Source: Arsenophonus apicola (GTDB lineage Bacteria > Pseudomonadota > Gammaproteobacteria > Enterobacterales > Enterobacteriaceae). From it: a DNA stretch of 40,000 nt. Positions 9,864-19,043 of the stretch are shown here, piece after piece. Within the stretch, counting starts at the first letter, position 1; each line of letters begins with the position of its first letter. The stretch covers positions 2,464,856 to 2,504,855 of the forward strand of contig NZ_CP084222.1 of NCBI RefSeq assembly GCF_020268605.1, read 5' to 3'. Below the pieces are notes generated by a model. The model was not told where the DNA came from, made no database searches, and saw only the letters and a list, made by a program, of their open reading frames with translations. A program made the translations under genes and the position numbers.

Positions 9864-10277
9864 TTATCGATAATTTTCAATACTATTGCGGATTTCTTCT
9901 GTTAGTGTGTTAAGCACAAACTGGCGGTTATAATCGAGCGCTGGTCTGATAAATGGGCGTGCGATCTGTTTAACTGTGCCAAATTCTTGAAAACGCGCTT
10001 TCATTGCATGTTGTTTGGATGGACTAACTCGTATTGTTACTACTGTTTGCGTTTTATTATCATTTATCCTGCTATTTGTACGTATTTTAATGCTATCTCG
10101 CATATGTTCTTTGTTACTTAAAACGTTATAACCAGCATGTAATTTCATGTCTTCTAACACCGGTTTCATCGCTTCTCGTCCAGCATCACGCAGAACTTTA
10201 ACAGCAATCTCATCGCCTAGTTTTTTTAATGCGTATTCAAGCTCTCTTAAGCCTTTAATTTCTACTCGCGTTCTCAT
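9864..10277 (-). CDS. HK97 gp10-like neck / tail-completion protein
   Basis: 137 aa. Pattern VEIKGLRELEYALKKL...FQEFGT...ARPFIRPAL is typical of the HK97 gp10 family. Confidence 0.7.
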   Translation of the reverse strand: MRTRVEIKGLRELEYALKKLGDEIAVKVLRDAGREAMKPVLEDMKLHAGYNVLSNKEHMRDSIKIRTNSRINDNKTQTVVTIRVSPSKQHAMKARFQEFGTVKQIARPFIRPALDYNRQFVLNTLTEEIRNSIENYR

Positions 10278-10663
10278 TCTGCATCCTCAGCGTATGTCAG
10301 TATAAAATCACGACCAATACGATAAATCTTACGGTTATCTGTCTGCTCTTCCATATCTTGCCAAAAATTACCTCGTTCTACCGTTTGCACCGGATAATTT
10401 CCTAAATAACCATGTTCGATACTTTCCCATTCGTCACGGATTTTATCGCTTATAAGTAGTGCTTTTTCATAATCATCAGCTAACTGAACAACAACTTGAA
10501 ATCTGGCTTGTACCAGTTTAGTTTTTGCTAATCCGGTAAACATTTTGGGATCACTGACGCGAAGATAAACTATACCCTCTAAATGATTGGACGGTAATGC
10601 AACATAATAAGTGGATAATCCACTAATTCGTTCTAAATCGTTTTTTATATCAGTTTCTATCAT
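10274..10663 (-). CDS. Neck / tail-terminator-like protein (DUF3168-like)
   Basis: Start taken at MIETDIKNDL (ATG 10663), giving a 14-nt overlap with the upstream gene instead of the longer 149-aa track ORF. Confidence 0.55.
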   Translation of the reverse strand: MIETDIKNDLERISGLSTYYVALPSNHLEGIVYLRVSDPKMFTGLAKTKLVQARFQVVVQLADDYEKALLISDKIRDEWESIEHGYLGNYPVQTVERGNFWQDMEEQTDNRKIYRIGRDFILTYAEDAE

Positions 10664-10976
10664 GCCTAATATCCGCTTCAGTGATAACAATGAGTCGATC
10701 AGGTAAATTTCTATCAACCGCACGCACGGTAAAATTGCGATTTTGATAACCGACTAACCAGTTGATATCGACATCATTACGTGGCCTAATTGTAAATCGC
10801 ATTGTTTCAATCACTTGTTGTTGCTCAGCTGTTCGTATTTTACGATTAGATATTGCTTCAGCTTTAGCCCAGACTTCAGTAACCAGCTCTGTAACAACTT
10901 TCTCACCACCCAGATCATCACGAATAATCTTAAATTTTGATAATGTAATACGTTTAGTGAGTTGGCCAGCTAACAT
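10650..10976 (-). CDS. Head-tail adaptor / head closure protein (SPP1 gp16 / HK97 gp7-like)
   Basis: 108 aa. LTKRITLSKF...WAKAEAISNRKIRTAEQQQVIETMRFTIR matches the head-tail joining family pattern. Confidence 0.7.
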   Translation of the reverse strand: MLAGQLTKRITLSKFKIIRDDLGGEKVVTELVTEVWAKAEAISNRKIRTAEQQQVIETMRFTIRPRNDVDINWLVGYQNRNFTVRAVDRNLPDRLIVITEADIRHDRN

Positions 10977-10983
10977 AAAAACC

Positions 10984-11310
10984 TCAAATAATTACTGGTT
11001 TGTGTAGTGAATTAATGAGAGAAACCACTGGATATGGCAACTCTCCTTTCGGGTATAAACCTTTGTCTGCACCATCAGGATCACGATAAAGAATACCAAT
11101 CAAAATAAGGACAGCACTTTTCACACGATTAAAGTCCTGGGAATCCTTTATTTTTACTTCATCGTTATCATTTTTTTGTACCCAATAATCGATAAAATCC
11201 AAGATTGCCGCACTAGAACTGGCAATTTTATTTTGCAAATCAGCGTCTAAAACATCATGGTCAATCCTTAAGTGGGATTTAACTTCTGCTAATGTCACAA
11301 TCTCTATCAT
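10984..11310 (-). CDS. gp6-like head-tail connector protein
   Basis: 108 aa. The N-terminus (LAEVKSHLRIDHDVLDADLQNKIASSSAAI) is the classic gp6-like connector signature. Confidence 0.7.
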   Translation of the reverse strand: MIEIVTLAEVKSHLRIDHDVLDADLQNKIASSSAAILDFIDYWVQKNDNDEVKIKDSQDFNRVKSAVLILIGILYRDPDGADKGLYPKGELPYPVVSLINSLHKPVII

Positions 11311-12227
11311 GCTCTATCCTTTCCATCACGGCCACGTTTAACAATCAGCGTCCAACCTTTTGAATTATGTTCGCCAGGCTTATCTTTGGTCTGTTCATTG
11401 CAATGCCAGAGTGAACCACCCCAAGTAGTCACATCACCTTTTTGATATTCTTTTTCAGAAGAATAGACACCGCAATAAATCATTGTTGGAATAGTATATT
11501 CACTGGTATTAACCTGACCGTCAGCCATTTCAGATCGAATAACTAATGTCCTGGCATCTTTCATTTCCCTATTTTCTGCATAATGCCCATTAATTACGCA
11601 TTCCCAACCATGCATACCGGTTGTTTTCTGAAAAGCTCGCCAGATACCACCACGATGTGTTGCAAATGTCCCACGTGGATAATTTTTTGATTCATCAATA
11701 TCTGGTAAAATTTCAATATCTAATGCGTCTCTACCATCTTGCCCGTCTTTAGGCTTAGGCATTAATTCAAGTAGTTTTTTAGCGACAATATCCGGATCAG
11801 CATCTTCGCCATCTTTTGGTGTGGGTATATCCGCAACATGTTTTTTAACTTCCTCAGTTATCACACTTCTTACATCATCAAGACTGACACTTTTGCCATC
11901 TTTCGGTGGAGGTAGTTTACTGATAGCATCAGTAATTAAAGCATCGATATCCGGTATCTTTTGAGCAGGAAGTAATTTAGCTAAATCAGCGATTTTTGTA
12001 TTTATTAACTGTTCAATATCTCGCAAACTAATTTCTGGTTGCTGTTTTGCTTTTTCTTCTAATAACTGTTTATCGATAGTATTTTGTTTTTGTAGTTCTG
12101 AAATTTTTGTTTCAAAACTTTCTTTAATAGCATTTATTTTATTGACGAAATCATTTTCTTGTTTAATCAATTCTTGTTTGATCGTTGCTCCGATCAATTG
12201 TAATAACGACATATCTCGTTTATTCAT
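11307..12227 (-). CDS. Hypothetical head-module protein with an N-terminal coiled coil, three P-x-P-K-D-G repeats and a Trp/Gly-rich C-terminal domain
   Basis: 306 aa. Repeats are PPPKDGKS, PTPKDGED and PKPKDGQDG. The C-terminus YQKGDVTTWGGSLWHCNEQT resembles small carbohydrate-binding modules. Start and stop overlap the neighbouring genes. Confidence 0.6.
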   Translation of the reverse strand: MNKRDMSLLQLIGATIKQELIKQENDFVNKINAIKESFETKISELQKQNTIDKQLLEEKAKQQPEISLRDIEQLINTKIADLAKLLPAQKIPDIDALITDAISKLPPPKDGKSVSLDDVRSVITEEVKKHVADIPTPKDGEDADPDIVAKKLLELMPKPKDGQDGRDALDIEILPDIDESKNYPRGTFATHRGGIWRAFQKTTGMHGWECVINGHYAENREMKDARTLVIRSEMADGQVNTSEYTIPTMIYCGVYSSEKEYQKGDVTTWGGSLWHCNEQTKDKPGEHNSKGWTLIVKRGRDGKDRA

Positions 12228-13570
12228 CGTGTGATAATTCCTTTAAGGATTGATTGATATGCCCATTTTTCACTATCTGTTAAATCTTCATTATCATTAT
12301 TAACTGTTTCCTGAATTGGTGTAGTTTCAGTTGGTTCAATCGGCATATTATCTCGGCGGGAAAGAGCGGATAAACTGTAGTTTTGTTGCTGCAAATATGG
12401 CGTTTCTCCTCCTTCCACTGCTAGTAAGTTTTCTTTTTTACGGACTTCATTCGGTGACAACCAACCACCTTTTACACCTTCGTTGTAAGACTTAAATCTG
12501 GTTGATGTATCCATCCTCAATAGCGCATCTAGATCAAACTCAATTTTGTGTTTCTCTGGTAGCTCTAATCCTTCGGCTAACAATACTTCGATTGCCTCAA
12601 TATGTGATTGCAAACACTGTGAATAGTATTGTTGGTCTAATGCTTCAACATTGTTATAAGAAGGAACTTGGCCAAGGCCAATTTTGTACAAAGGTACATG
12701 AAATACTGAACAGCATATTTCTGCTGTTAATCCAAGTTGTTCAACTAATTGAGAATCTGCCGGGCTTGCCGATGCTGGATTATATTTTGCACTTTCTGTT
12801 AAAACTGCTGTTTTTCCTGCGTTTTCGCCTCCGTAACCACTTTCCCAGGCTTCTTTTATCTCGCGTACTGCATCTTCTGAAAGTTTTCCTGGTATCTCAA
12901 TAATTCCACCTGGTTTTCCACCGTTAACAAACAAACGGGTAGCATTTTTCATAATTGCCGTACCTTGTGAGGCTGCCATCGCACAAGCATAAATCGGTGG
13001 CAATCCGACCAAGGGATGATAAAGACAGTTAAAGCGATCATGAATAATTTCAGTGGCAGGTGCTGTTACTGATTCTTTAATACCAGATACATTATCAACA
13101 GATACTTGATAAAATATTTCTCCATCATCACTAACAAGAGGAGTTATTCTGTTTGGGTCAAGAATATGAAGTGAAGAAACTTTTCCTTTTGTATTTCTTC
13201 TTTTAAAAACGTAGGTGTTACCACTTGAAAGCTTTGAATTAAGCCAGTTTTCAAAAAATTGATTGCGTGTTTGTAGTGAGTTTGGTTTTTTGATGACAGC
13301 GATATTTTTATCATCTGTATCTATCCAAATACCGTTACTATCCCGTTTTTTCAACAGCAATGGCAATTTTGAAATATCAGAAGCAATAAGCGTGATACAC
13401 GCAAAAATAGGGTGATAAGCGAGTATATCTTCTCTGCTTAGCTCGACATTTTGTTGCCAGGCACCAGCATAAGGCTCTCTAATCGTTAACGGAAACCAGC
13501 CGCCCATTCCCAATCTGCTTCCTGAAAATGACCGACGCAAAAATCCGCCTAATTTTTTGAAAACGGGCAT
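12224..13570 (-). CDS. Portal protein (HK97 family)
   Basis: 448 aa with typical portal blocks (ASDISKLPL..., LFVNGGKPGGIIEIPGKLSEDA..., VFHVPLYKIGLG). Confidence 0.85.
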   Translation of the reverse strand: MPVFKKLGGFLRRSFSGSRLGMGGWFPLTIREPYAGAWQQNVELSREDILAYHPIFACITLIASDISKLPLLLKKRDSNGIWIDTDDKNIAVIKKPNSLQTRNQFFENWLNSKLSSGNTYVFKRRNTKGKVSSLHILDPNRITPLVSDDGEIFYQVSVDNVSGIKESVTAPATEIIHDRFNCLYHPLVGLPPIYACAMAASQGTAIMKNATRLFVNGGKPGGIIEIPGKLSEDAVREIKEAWESGYGGENAGKTAVLTESAKYNPASASPADSQLVEQLGLTAEICCSVFHVPLYKIGLGQVPSYNNVEALDQQYYSQCLQSHIEAIEVLLAEGLELPEKHKIEFDLDALLRMDTSTRFKSYNEGVKGGWLSPNEVRKKENLLAVEGGETPYLQQQNYSLSALSRRDNMPIEPTETTPIQETVNNDNEDLTDSEKWAYQSILKGIITR

Positions 13571-13584
13571 AAATTATCCATTTT

Positions 13585-13610
13585 TAATAAAAAGGCGCAT
13601 TTAGCGCCTT
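13585..13610 (-). terminator. Rho-independent terminator between the collagen-like gene and the portal gene
   Basis: Minus strand: AAGGCGC-TAAAT-GCGCCTT followed by TTTATTAAAAA. Confidence 0.5.
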
Positions 13611-13645
13611 GTCATTTAGCTTTATTTATTACCAGAAACGTTGAC

Positions 13646-13984
13646 TTATGGTTTAGCGTCTTCTAATGCTTTAACCCGTTCGGTCAATGCTGCAAGCTCA
13701 GTTGACAAATCCTTCCCGGGTGCAACGTCCTTACCAGGATCGCCTTTGTCTCCCTTTTCACCTTTTGCACCAGGAGCGCCATCTTTTCCTGCTGGGCCAG
13801 TATCACCTTTAGGTCCAGCTGGACCTTGTGGTCCTTGCTCACCAGGATCCCCTTTTTCACCTTTTCCAGTTTCCGCATTGAGTGTTTCAAAGTTATCATT
13901 TACTTTGCCAAAAGCATCACGGATTGGGTCTCCTGTGCCATCATCAGGTTTAGCTCCAATATTAATTTTTTTAATATCAGCCAT
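13646..13984 (-). CDS. Collagen-like (Gly-X-Y repeat) fibre/decoration protein
   Basis: 112 aa with about 16 uninterrupted G-X-Y triplets ([45 protein letters not shown]). The N-terminus [22 protein letters not shown] resembles that of many phage fibre proteins. Confidence 0.75.
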   Translation of the reverse strand: MADIKKINIGAKPDDGTGDPIRDAFGKVNDNFETLNAETGKGEKGDPGEQGPQGPAGPKGDTGPAGKDGAPGAKGEKGDKGDPGKDVAPGKDLSTELAALTERVKALEDAKP

Positions 13985-13998
13985 TAGTTAACTCTCCT

Positions 13999-14049
13999 CT
14001 TTGTACTATCCGCCCTAATTTTCGTACTATCGGCGGTTATGACTTTGGG
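13999..14049 (-). repeat. Copy B of the 51-bp element at the 3' end of the capsid gene
   Basis: Matches 9229..9279. Minus strand: CCCAAAGTCATAA CCGCC-17nt-GGCGG ATAGTACAAAG. It carries an internal direct repeat GATAGTAC x2. Confidence 0.7.
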
Positions 14050-15989
14050 TCAGGATCGGGTTTGCCATCTACTGGGGTTTTGTAATTGACGTCAGAAACG
14101 TAGGCAACTGCTTCAGCTCGACGCTTACGCCAGTTGATAAAGCGTTCTGCTCGGATTGCTACACTGTTTGTCTGAAACATTGAAACAAGGGAGGCACCCT
14201 TACCGGTTTTGCTATTGTTGGTAGGTTCGCTTTCCATCTCCAACGAGGCTTCACGGCTGGCTTCGATAACTACTTGACCATCGTCAGCCAGGTAAATATC
14301 TGAGGCGTTCACTAGAATCAGATTGGTGCCAACATATTGAGAGACAATAGCTGGTAATCCTTGGAAAGTGCCACCTAGCAATGTCAATTCAGGATACATT
14401 TTCTGACCAAGTGGATTTTTCATCTTAGATAGTGCTAGTGCTGTCATTGATGACATTAGCCATACACCATTGGTTGGTGAAAGATTTTTCTCAATAAATT
14501 TTTCAAAAAGCAATTCAACATCGGCTTCAGGATTACCCGTTGACTTAATTGCAGTGACATCATTTGTGATAGAGGCGGGTGATACACCTGCAACTTCTGC
14601 TTTTGTAGGATTAATAAAATCAATATCAATACGTTCAATAATGGCAGCAGCTAAAGCATTTCGTACTAACAGGTCAGCTGAAGGGGTGCTAAATCTAACA
14701 AGTTCATCTGTTAATACTGCAATATTAGCGACTTTAGCAAAACCTAACGTAATTGATTTAAAATCGACTTTAGTTAATGGCTTAGGCGATGCTTCACCAA
14801 CCCAATATCCGTCACCCCCGCTAATCTGGCCAGGAATACGAACATTGAAAGGAACATTAAATAAAGATGGGATAATTCCTGTGCCGAATTGTCCAATGAT
14901 GGTTTTGGGTCGTAAAAATTCGATGAAATCACCAGCAAAATTTTGATATTCAACTAGCGCACCAGCCCACTCAGGGTTAGTTGTTGTACCTGCACTAACA
15001 GCGGCTTTTAAAACATTTTGAATCCTTGGTTGCTCTGGATATTGCGATTTTGCAATTTCAAGCGCTTGAACTACGTTACCTTTAGCAGAAGCTAAACATT
15101 TCACATAGCGGGCAAATTCAATACCTGGCGCGAGTTTTTCATCGGCTTTAACAATGCCGGAACGACTACGCGCGGCGTCTAAGATTGATTTTTGAGTATT
15201 ATCAACTGGTTTTGCAGTTTTAATCTGCGTATCTTGCATTTCACGTAGTCTTGATAAATGTGCATCGACAGATTTAATTTCAGACGTTAAATTGTCGTAG
15301 TTTTCTGACTCTTCTTCGTCAAGTGTGCGGCCTTCTTCGGCTGCTTTATTCATAATATCTAAACGCGCTGCATCATTAGCTGCCCGTTTCGCTTCAAATG
15401 ATTTTATTTGTTCAGCGATAGTCATCTGATTATCCTTTTTAGTTATTGATGCTGAAACGCCAGCTGTAAATGTTTTTGATTTGATTAAAGTTGTTTGCCT
15501 TTTGCCGAACGCGGCAGGCGATTTGAATAGTGATTTTACGGTTTGAATGCTACAGTCTGAATTGGCCGGAATTGTCACAGCAGAGAGTTCAAACCACCGC
15601 CATTTCGTGAAATGAACTCCGCCGTCGTCGATAAAAGCATATTCAAGTGGTTTAAATCCAATCGAAAGTCCTTTTACCAGACCTGATTTTATCGACTCCC
15701 AGGCTTCTTCAAGTCTTGCTGCTAACCGTGATGGTGATGACACTTTGATCAATTTTGCTTTGACTTCAATGCCATTTTTCGTAACTTTTGCCTCTATTAC
15801 TTCGCCAATCGGTTCATCTTGATTGTGTTGCCACAGAAGAGGGATTGGCAGTGTAAATATTCCACCGTCTGGATTAACGATATCTCCATCAGAGTCAGTC
15901 GAGGGTGTAGTCGCTGTACCGTGAATTTCTCGCTTTTCTTCATTAACGGATTTGATCGTCAGCAAACTATAGGAACGTTTTTCTTGCAT
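14037..15989 (-). CDS. Fused prohead protease, scaffold-like delta domain and HK97-type major capsid protein
   Basis: 650 aa in one frame. The N-terminal ~170 aa look like an HK97-family prohead protease (TATTPSTDSDGDIV...LLWQHN). From M189 (MTIAEQIKSFEAKRAAN...) there is a coiled-coil delta domain and a capsid fold region. An internal ATG at 15425 has AAGGA 7 nt upstream. Confidence 0.85.
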   Translation of the reverse strand: MQEKRSYSLLTIKSVNEEKREIHGTATTPSTDSDGDIVNPDGGIFTLPIPLLWQHNQDEPIGEVIEAKVTKNGIEVKAKLIKVSSPSRLAARLEEAWESIKSGLVKGLSIGFKPLEYAFIDDGGVHFTKWRWFELSAVTIPANSDCSIQTVKSLFKSPAAFGKRQTTLIKSKTFTAGVSASITKKDNQMTIAEQIKSFEAKRAANDAARLDIMNKAAEEGRTLDEEESENYDNLTSEIKSVDAHLSRLREMQDTQIKTAKPVDNTQKSILDAARSRSGIVKADEKLAPGIEFARYVKCLASAKGNVVQALEIAKSQYPEQPRIQNVLKAAVSAGTTTNPEWAGALVEYQNFAGDFIEFLRPKTIIGQFGTGIIPSLFNVPFNVRIPGQISGGDGYWVGEASPKPLTKVDFKSITLGFAKVANIAVLTDELVRFSTPSADLLVRNALAAAIIERIDIDFINPTKAEVAGVSPASITNDVTAIKSTGNPEADVELLFEKFIEKNLSPTNGVWLMSSMTALALSKMKNPLGQKMYPELTLLGGTFQGLPAIVSQYVGTNLILVNASDIYLADDGQVVIEASREASLEMESEPTNNSKTGKGASLVSMFQTNSVAIRAERFINWRKRRAEAVAYVSDVNYKTPVDGKPDPDPKS

Positions 15990-16045
15990 AACGACTCCAT
16001 AAAAAAACCCGCTTATGCGGGGTTATTGATTGTGATAAGATGTAA

Positions 16046-17707
16046 TTAGATAAAGTAAACTTTGTATTCTTTTTTGGCAGGTTCTGGATTCAATGCCATC
16101 AGTGAAACAGCATTAAACAGCGCCATTAGTGGGTCAATCTTCGATCTGCCACTGGCCTGTTTTGTGATTAATATTGCATTTCCTTTTGGTTCAATGCGGG
16201 CATTACTTACACACCAGTTCATAAGGGGTTGTTCAGCGTGAATAAGCACATTTTCCGCTAATTTTCGTTCTGTCGTCTGAATTGCACCACCTAAACGCCA
16301 ACCTTGTGATATGCCGACAATACTTTCCTGATCAATTCCTCGCTGAACGATTTCATCAAGTAGTCCGCCAATTCCTGCTGGATCGACACCGATTTTATCT
16401 AGCAAGCCTAACTGATGAACATGTTCTACAATATTAGCTAGTGCGCGAGTATCATCACCAACGTGTTTTACTAACGTAAAATCACCATCTTTTTCGAAAT
16501 CAAGCAGTTTAGATGCTTCACTTTTACGTCGTTCAATAACGGAAGTATGTCCCCAGGCATATGACCATGCCATCCATTTGCGGGTTTCTTTGCAACGACC
16601 TACAACTGACAATCCCAGCAAGTCATCTAGACCACCACCATCAATCCCAATGGTTACTACCTCAGATCGTTCTAGTAAAGTATCTAGTGTTAATACCCCG
16701 TCAGCCTGTTGTGCCCAAAAATCCGCCCCAGCCCAACGATCTGAACGTAATGCCAATCCAATTTCTACATTAGCATGTTTAGCCAAAAACCCACGAAATG
16801 ATGCTTCGCCACTTTCTTTGGCTTTTCTAAATTCACGAAACAGAAACGATTCATCAACCGAATAACCCAGATTAGGATTAACCATTGCTAGATTTTCAGC
16901 TAGTAAATGTTCTCCACTTTTTACCATCTCAGGTGGATGTTCAAAGATGACAGGCAGAAAATGCGGATCGTCAATTTTTCCGTCTCTAACGTCACGCGCA
17001 TACTGTAATTTCTGTTTAAATACACCTGATGGAGGTTCATTCGATTGTGTTGTAGTGTAAATCACAAATCCTTCAGGACGTGAAGCCAGCCCGCCTATCG
17101 CTTCTCGCAACATGTCTTCTGCATTAACTTGTTTACCAAACAACCACAATTCATCAATCAATGTTCCAACAGATTTTATACCTGAAACAGTATTAGGATC
17201 TGCGGCAACTACTTTTAGCGTAGTATTAGAGTTACGATGCGTAATCGTTCGAATATGAGTTTGAACTTGAAGTAAATCGTCCAGTTCATCTTCATGCCTA
17301 ACCATATCTCTTGCAGGATTAAATGCATTATTAGCCACTTCAACTGTCGGCGCAATAATCGTATAACCAGCAGCCTGACGCCAGTTAAGAAGTAATGCTG
17401 TCATCATAATGCCAGCTGCTAGCGTTGATTTTGAATTTTTTTTCGGGATTAAAATGAATACTTCAGTTATATGACGACGACCTGTTTTAACATCGTAAGA
17501 GCCAAACAAAGCAGCAACCAGATCAAAAACCCACTGAGCGCAGGATTCACCAAATGTTGGACTACCGGGTGCATCAACAATCTTGAGTTGTTTAAAAATA
17601 TTTAATGCCTGTTCAGCCTGATCAGGATAAATCGGGGGTGGAATAATAGATTGCCCACTCTTTATTCTATCTGCCCAATCATGACAAGCTGTTGACCAAT
17701 TAACCAT
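16046..17707 (-). CDS. terL: Terminase large subunit
   Basis: 553 aa with a Walker-A-like LIPKKNSKST and a typical Terminase_1-type layout. Lies downstream of the small subunit. Confidence 0.9.
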   Translation of the reverse strand: MVNWSTACHDWADRIKSGQSIIPPPIYPDQAEQALNIFKQLKIVDAPGSPTFGESCAQWVFDLVAALFGSYDVKTGRRHITEVFILIPKKNSKSTLAAGIMMTALLLNWRQAAGYTIIAPTVEVANNAFNPARDMVRHEDELDDLLQVQTHIRTITHRNSNTTLKVVAADPNTVSGIKSVGTLIDELWLFGKQVNAEDMLREAIGGLASRPEGFVIYTTTQSNEPPSGVFKQKLQYARDVRDGKIDDPHFLPVIFEHPPEMVKSGEHLLAENLAMVNPNLGYSVDESFLFREFRKAKESGEASFRGFLAKHANVEIGLALRSDRWAGADFWAQQADGVLTLDTLLERSEVVTIGIDGGGLDDLLGLSVVGRCKETRKWMAWSYAWGHTSVIERRKSEASKLLDFEKDGDFTLVKHVGDDTRALANIVEHVHQLGLLDKIGVDPAGIGGLLDEIVQRGIDQESIVGISQGWRLGGAIQTTERKLAENVLIHAEQPLMNWCVSNARIEPKGNAILITKQASGRSKIDPLMALFNAVSLMALNPEPAKKEYKVYFI

Positions 17708-17709
17708 AA

Positions 17710-18135
17710 TTATTTCTTATTATTTACAACTAACTTTGGAGTGGGTAAAGGTGAAAATCTGTTTGTATTCTTTGCTTTTTCTGATTTTTCCTGTTTTTTC
17801 CCTGACTCTCCCAATTTTTTATATAAATAAGGAGCTAATTTAGCAGCTGCATCTAATGCCAACTTTGGATCACTATTTATATTTTTTAGCATGATGGTTT
17901 TCATTACATAAATAGGATCTTCAATATTTTTATCTGTAGAAGTAGTAGTATCAGTTGGATTGATTGCGTCATCTTCTAGCATTCTTAGATATTTAAGTAC
18001 GCATGGATCACTAGCTAATAAGCTACCTCTCGTTTTTGCAGCTTTTTCACTATAGCCAGCGCAAATTGCAGCTTCTTGCTGATTTTTGCCCGCATAGATT
18101 GCTTCAGCAAATTTCTTCTTTTTTGTTGTTAACAT
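17710..18135 (-). CDS. terS: Terminase small subunit
   Basis: 141 aa. N-terminal HTH pattern KKKKFAEAIYAGKNQQEAAICAGYSEKAAKTRGSLL is typical of Terminase_2-type small subunits. Confidence 0.75.
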   Translation of the reverse strand: MLTTKKKKFAEAIYAGKNQQEAAICAGYSEKAAKTRGSLLASDPCVLKYLRMLEDDAINPTDTTTSTDKNIEDPIYVMKTIMLKNINSDPKLALDAAAKLAPYLYKKLGESGKKQEKSEKAKNTNRFSPLPTPKLVVNNKK

Positions 18136-18260
18136 ATTAATTTCACATAGTTTACATTTTTAATTATGAAATTTTTTCTGTGAATGAGTGGACGTGAGGT
18201 TTCGAAAAGTGGGGCGCTTTTCCTTTCTGCCTCCCCCCCTGCTTTGCATAAGGAAAGACG

Positions 18261-18560
18261 TTACTTAATGTCTTCTTTTGTTTTGTTTTTGTGACATCCA
18301 TCCTCACCATTGCACAAAATTTGAACGTTATCTATTGTATCTGCGCCGCCTTTAAATAGCGGGATGACATGATCAAGTTCAAACCCTGATGGGTAATCTA
18401 CAAGACGACCACACACTGCACAGTGTGGGTTATCTTTCCACACTTCAAATCGGCGTTTTTGTAATTGATAACCTGTAATGCGGCGATTACTTATGTGATG
18501 AGGTTTGATTGCTGTGGTATTTAATGTCATCACTCTTGGTTTTAACATATTAAGTTTCAT
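18261..18560 (-). CDS. HNH endonuclease (terminase-associated)
   Basis: 99 aa. Motifs are CAVCGR...ELDHVIPLFKGGADTIDNVQILC...CHKNKT. Position next to terS is as in HK97-like cos phages. Confidence 0.85.
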   Translation of the reverse strand: MKLNMLKPRVMTLNTTAIKPHHISNRRITGYQLQKRRFEVWKDNPHCAVCGRLVDYPSGFELDHVIPLFKGGADTIDNVQILCNGEDGCHKNKTKEDIK

Positions 18561-18570
18561 ATCGGTTCAC

Positions 18571-19026
18571 TTAATCTGCTGACCGACAAATGTAATCTTT
18601 TAAATATATATCAGGAGCATCAATTATCATCTCATCGGTTACAATGAAAGATGCAGTAACGCGTGGAATTTGATGCGGTTTACTCTCTACAATCGTCGAT
18701 TCCAGATTAGCGAGTATCTTTCCCTTAACGGTAAGCGCATAGCCTTTAAACACACCCCTAATAAACAGTTTTGATAATTTTATCGATGTCTCTTTTTCAT
18801 CGTTTATTTGATTATCTCTCACTTTTTCAAGCGCTGCGCGAACGCCAATATTACTAGCCTCTTGTACTGCCATTTGCAAACTGGCTGGATATGTTTTCTC
18901 TTCGTTAATTGACCCCATTTGTTTCATCAAATTAGCAATACGTTCCAAGCGATCTGCTAATTTAATGAAATCACTCTCATCAGCCTTTATTCTTACTATA
19001 ATTTCTGGTGCATTCTTTTCAGACAT
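18571..19026 (-). CDS. Hypothetical protein
   Basis: 151-aa ORF in the late-operon orientation. No recognisable motif. Confidence 0.5.
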   Translation of the reverse strand: MSEKNAPEIIVRIKADESDFIKLADRLERIANLMKQMGSINEEKTYPASLQMAVQEASNIGVRAALEKVRDNQINDEKETSIKLSKLFIRGVFKGYALTVKGKILANLESTIVESKPHQIPRVTASFIVTDEMIIDAPDIYLKDYICRSAD

Positions 19027-19043
19027 AGCTCACCTATTTCAAA

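Noticed and set aside
13641-13991. 116-aa Pro/Ser-rich plus-strand ORF and a 71-aa minus-strand ORF overlapping the collagen-like gene
   Set aside because: These are mirror or alternative frames of a GGN-rich repeat. Only the G-X-Y frame has a good RBS (GAGGAGAG) and a recognisable N-terminal domain.
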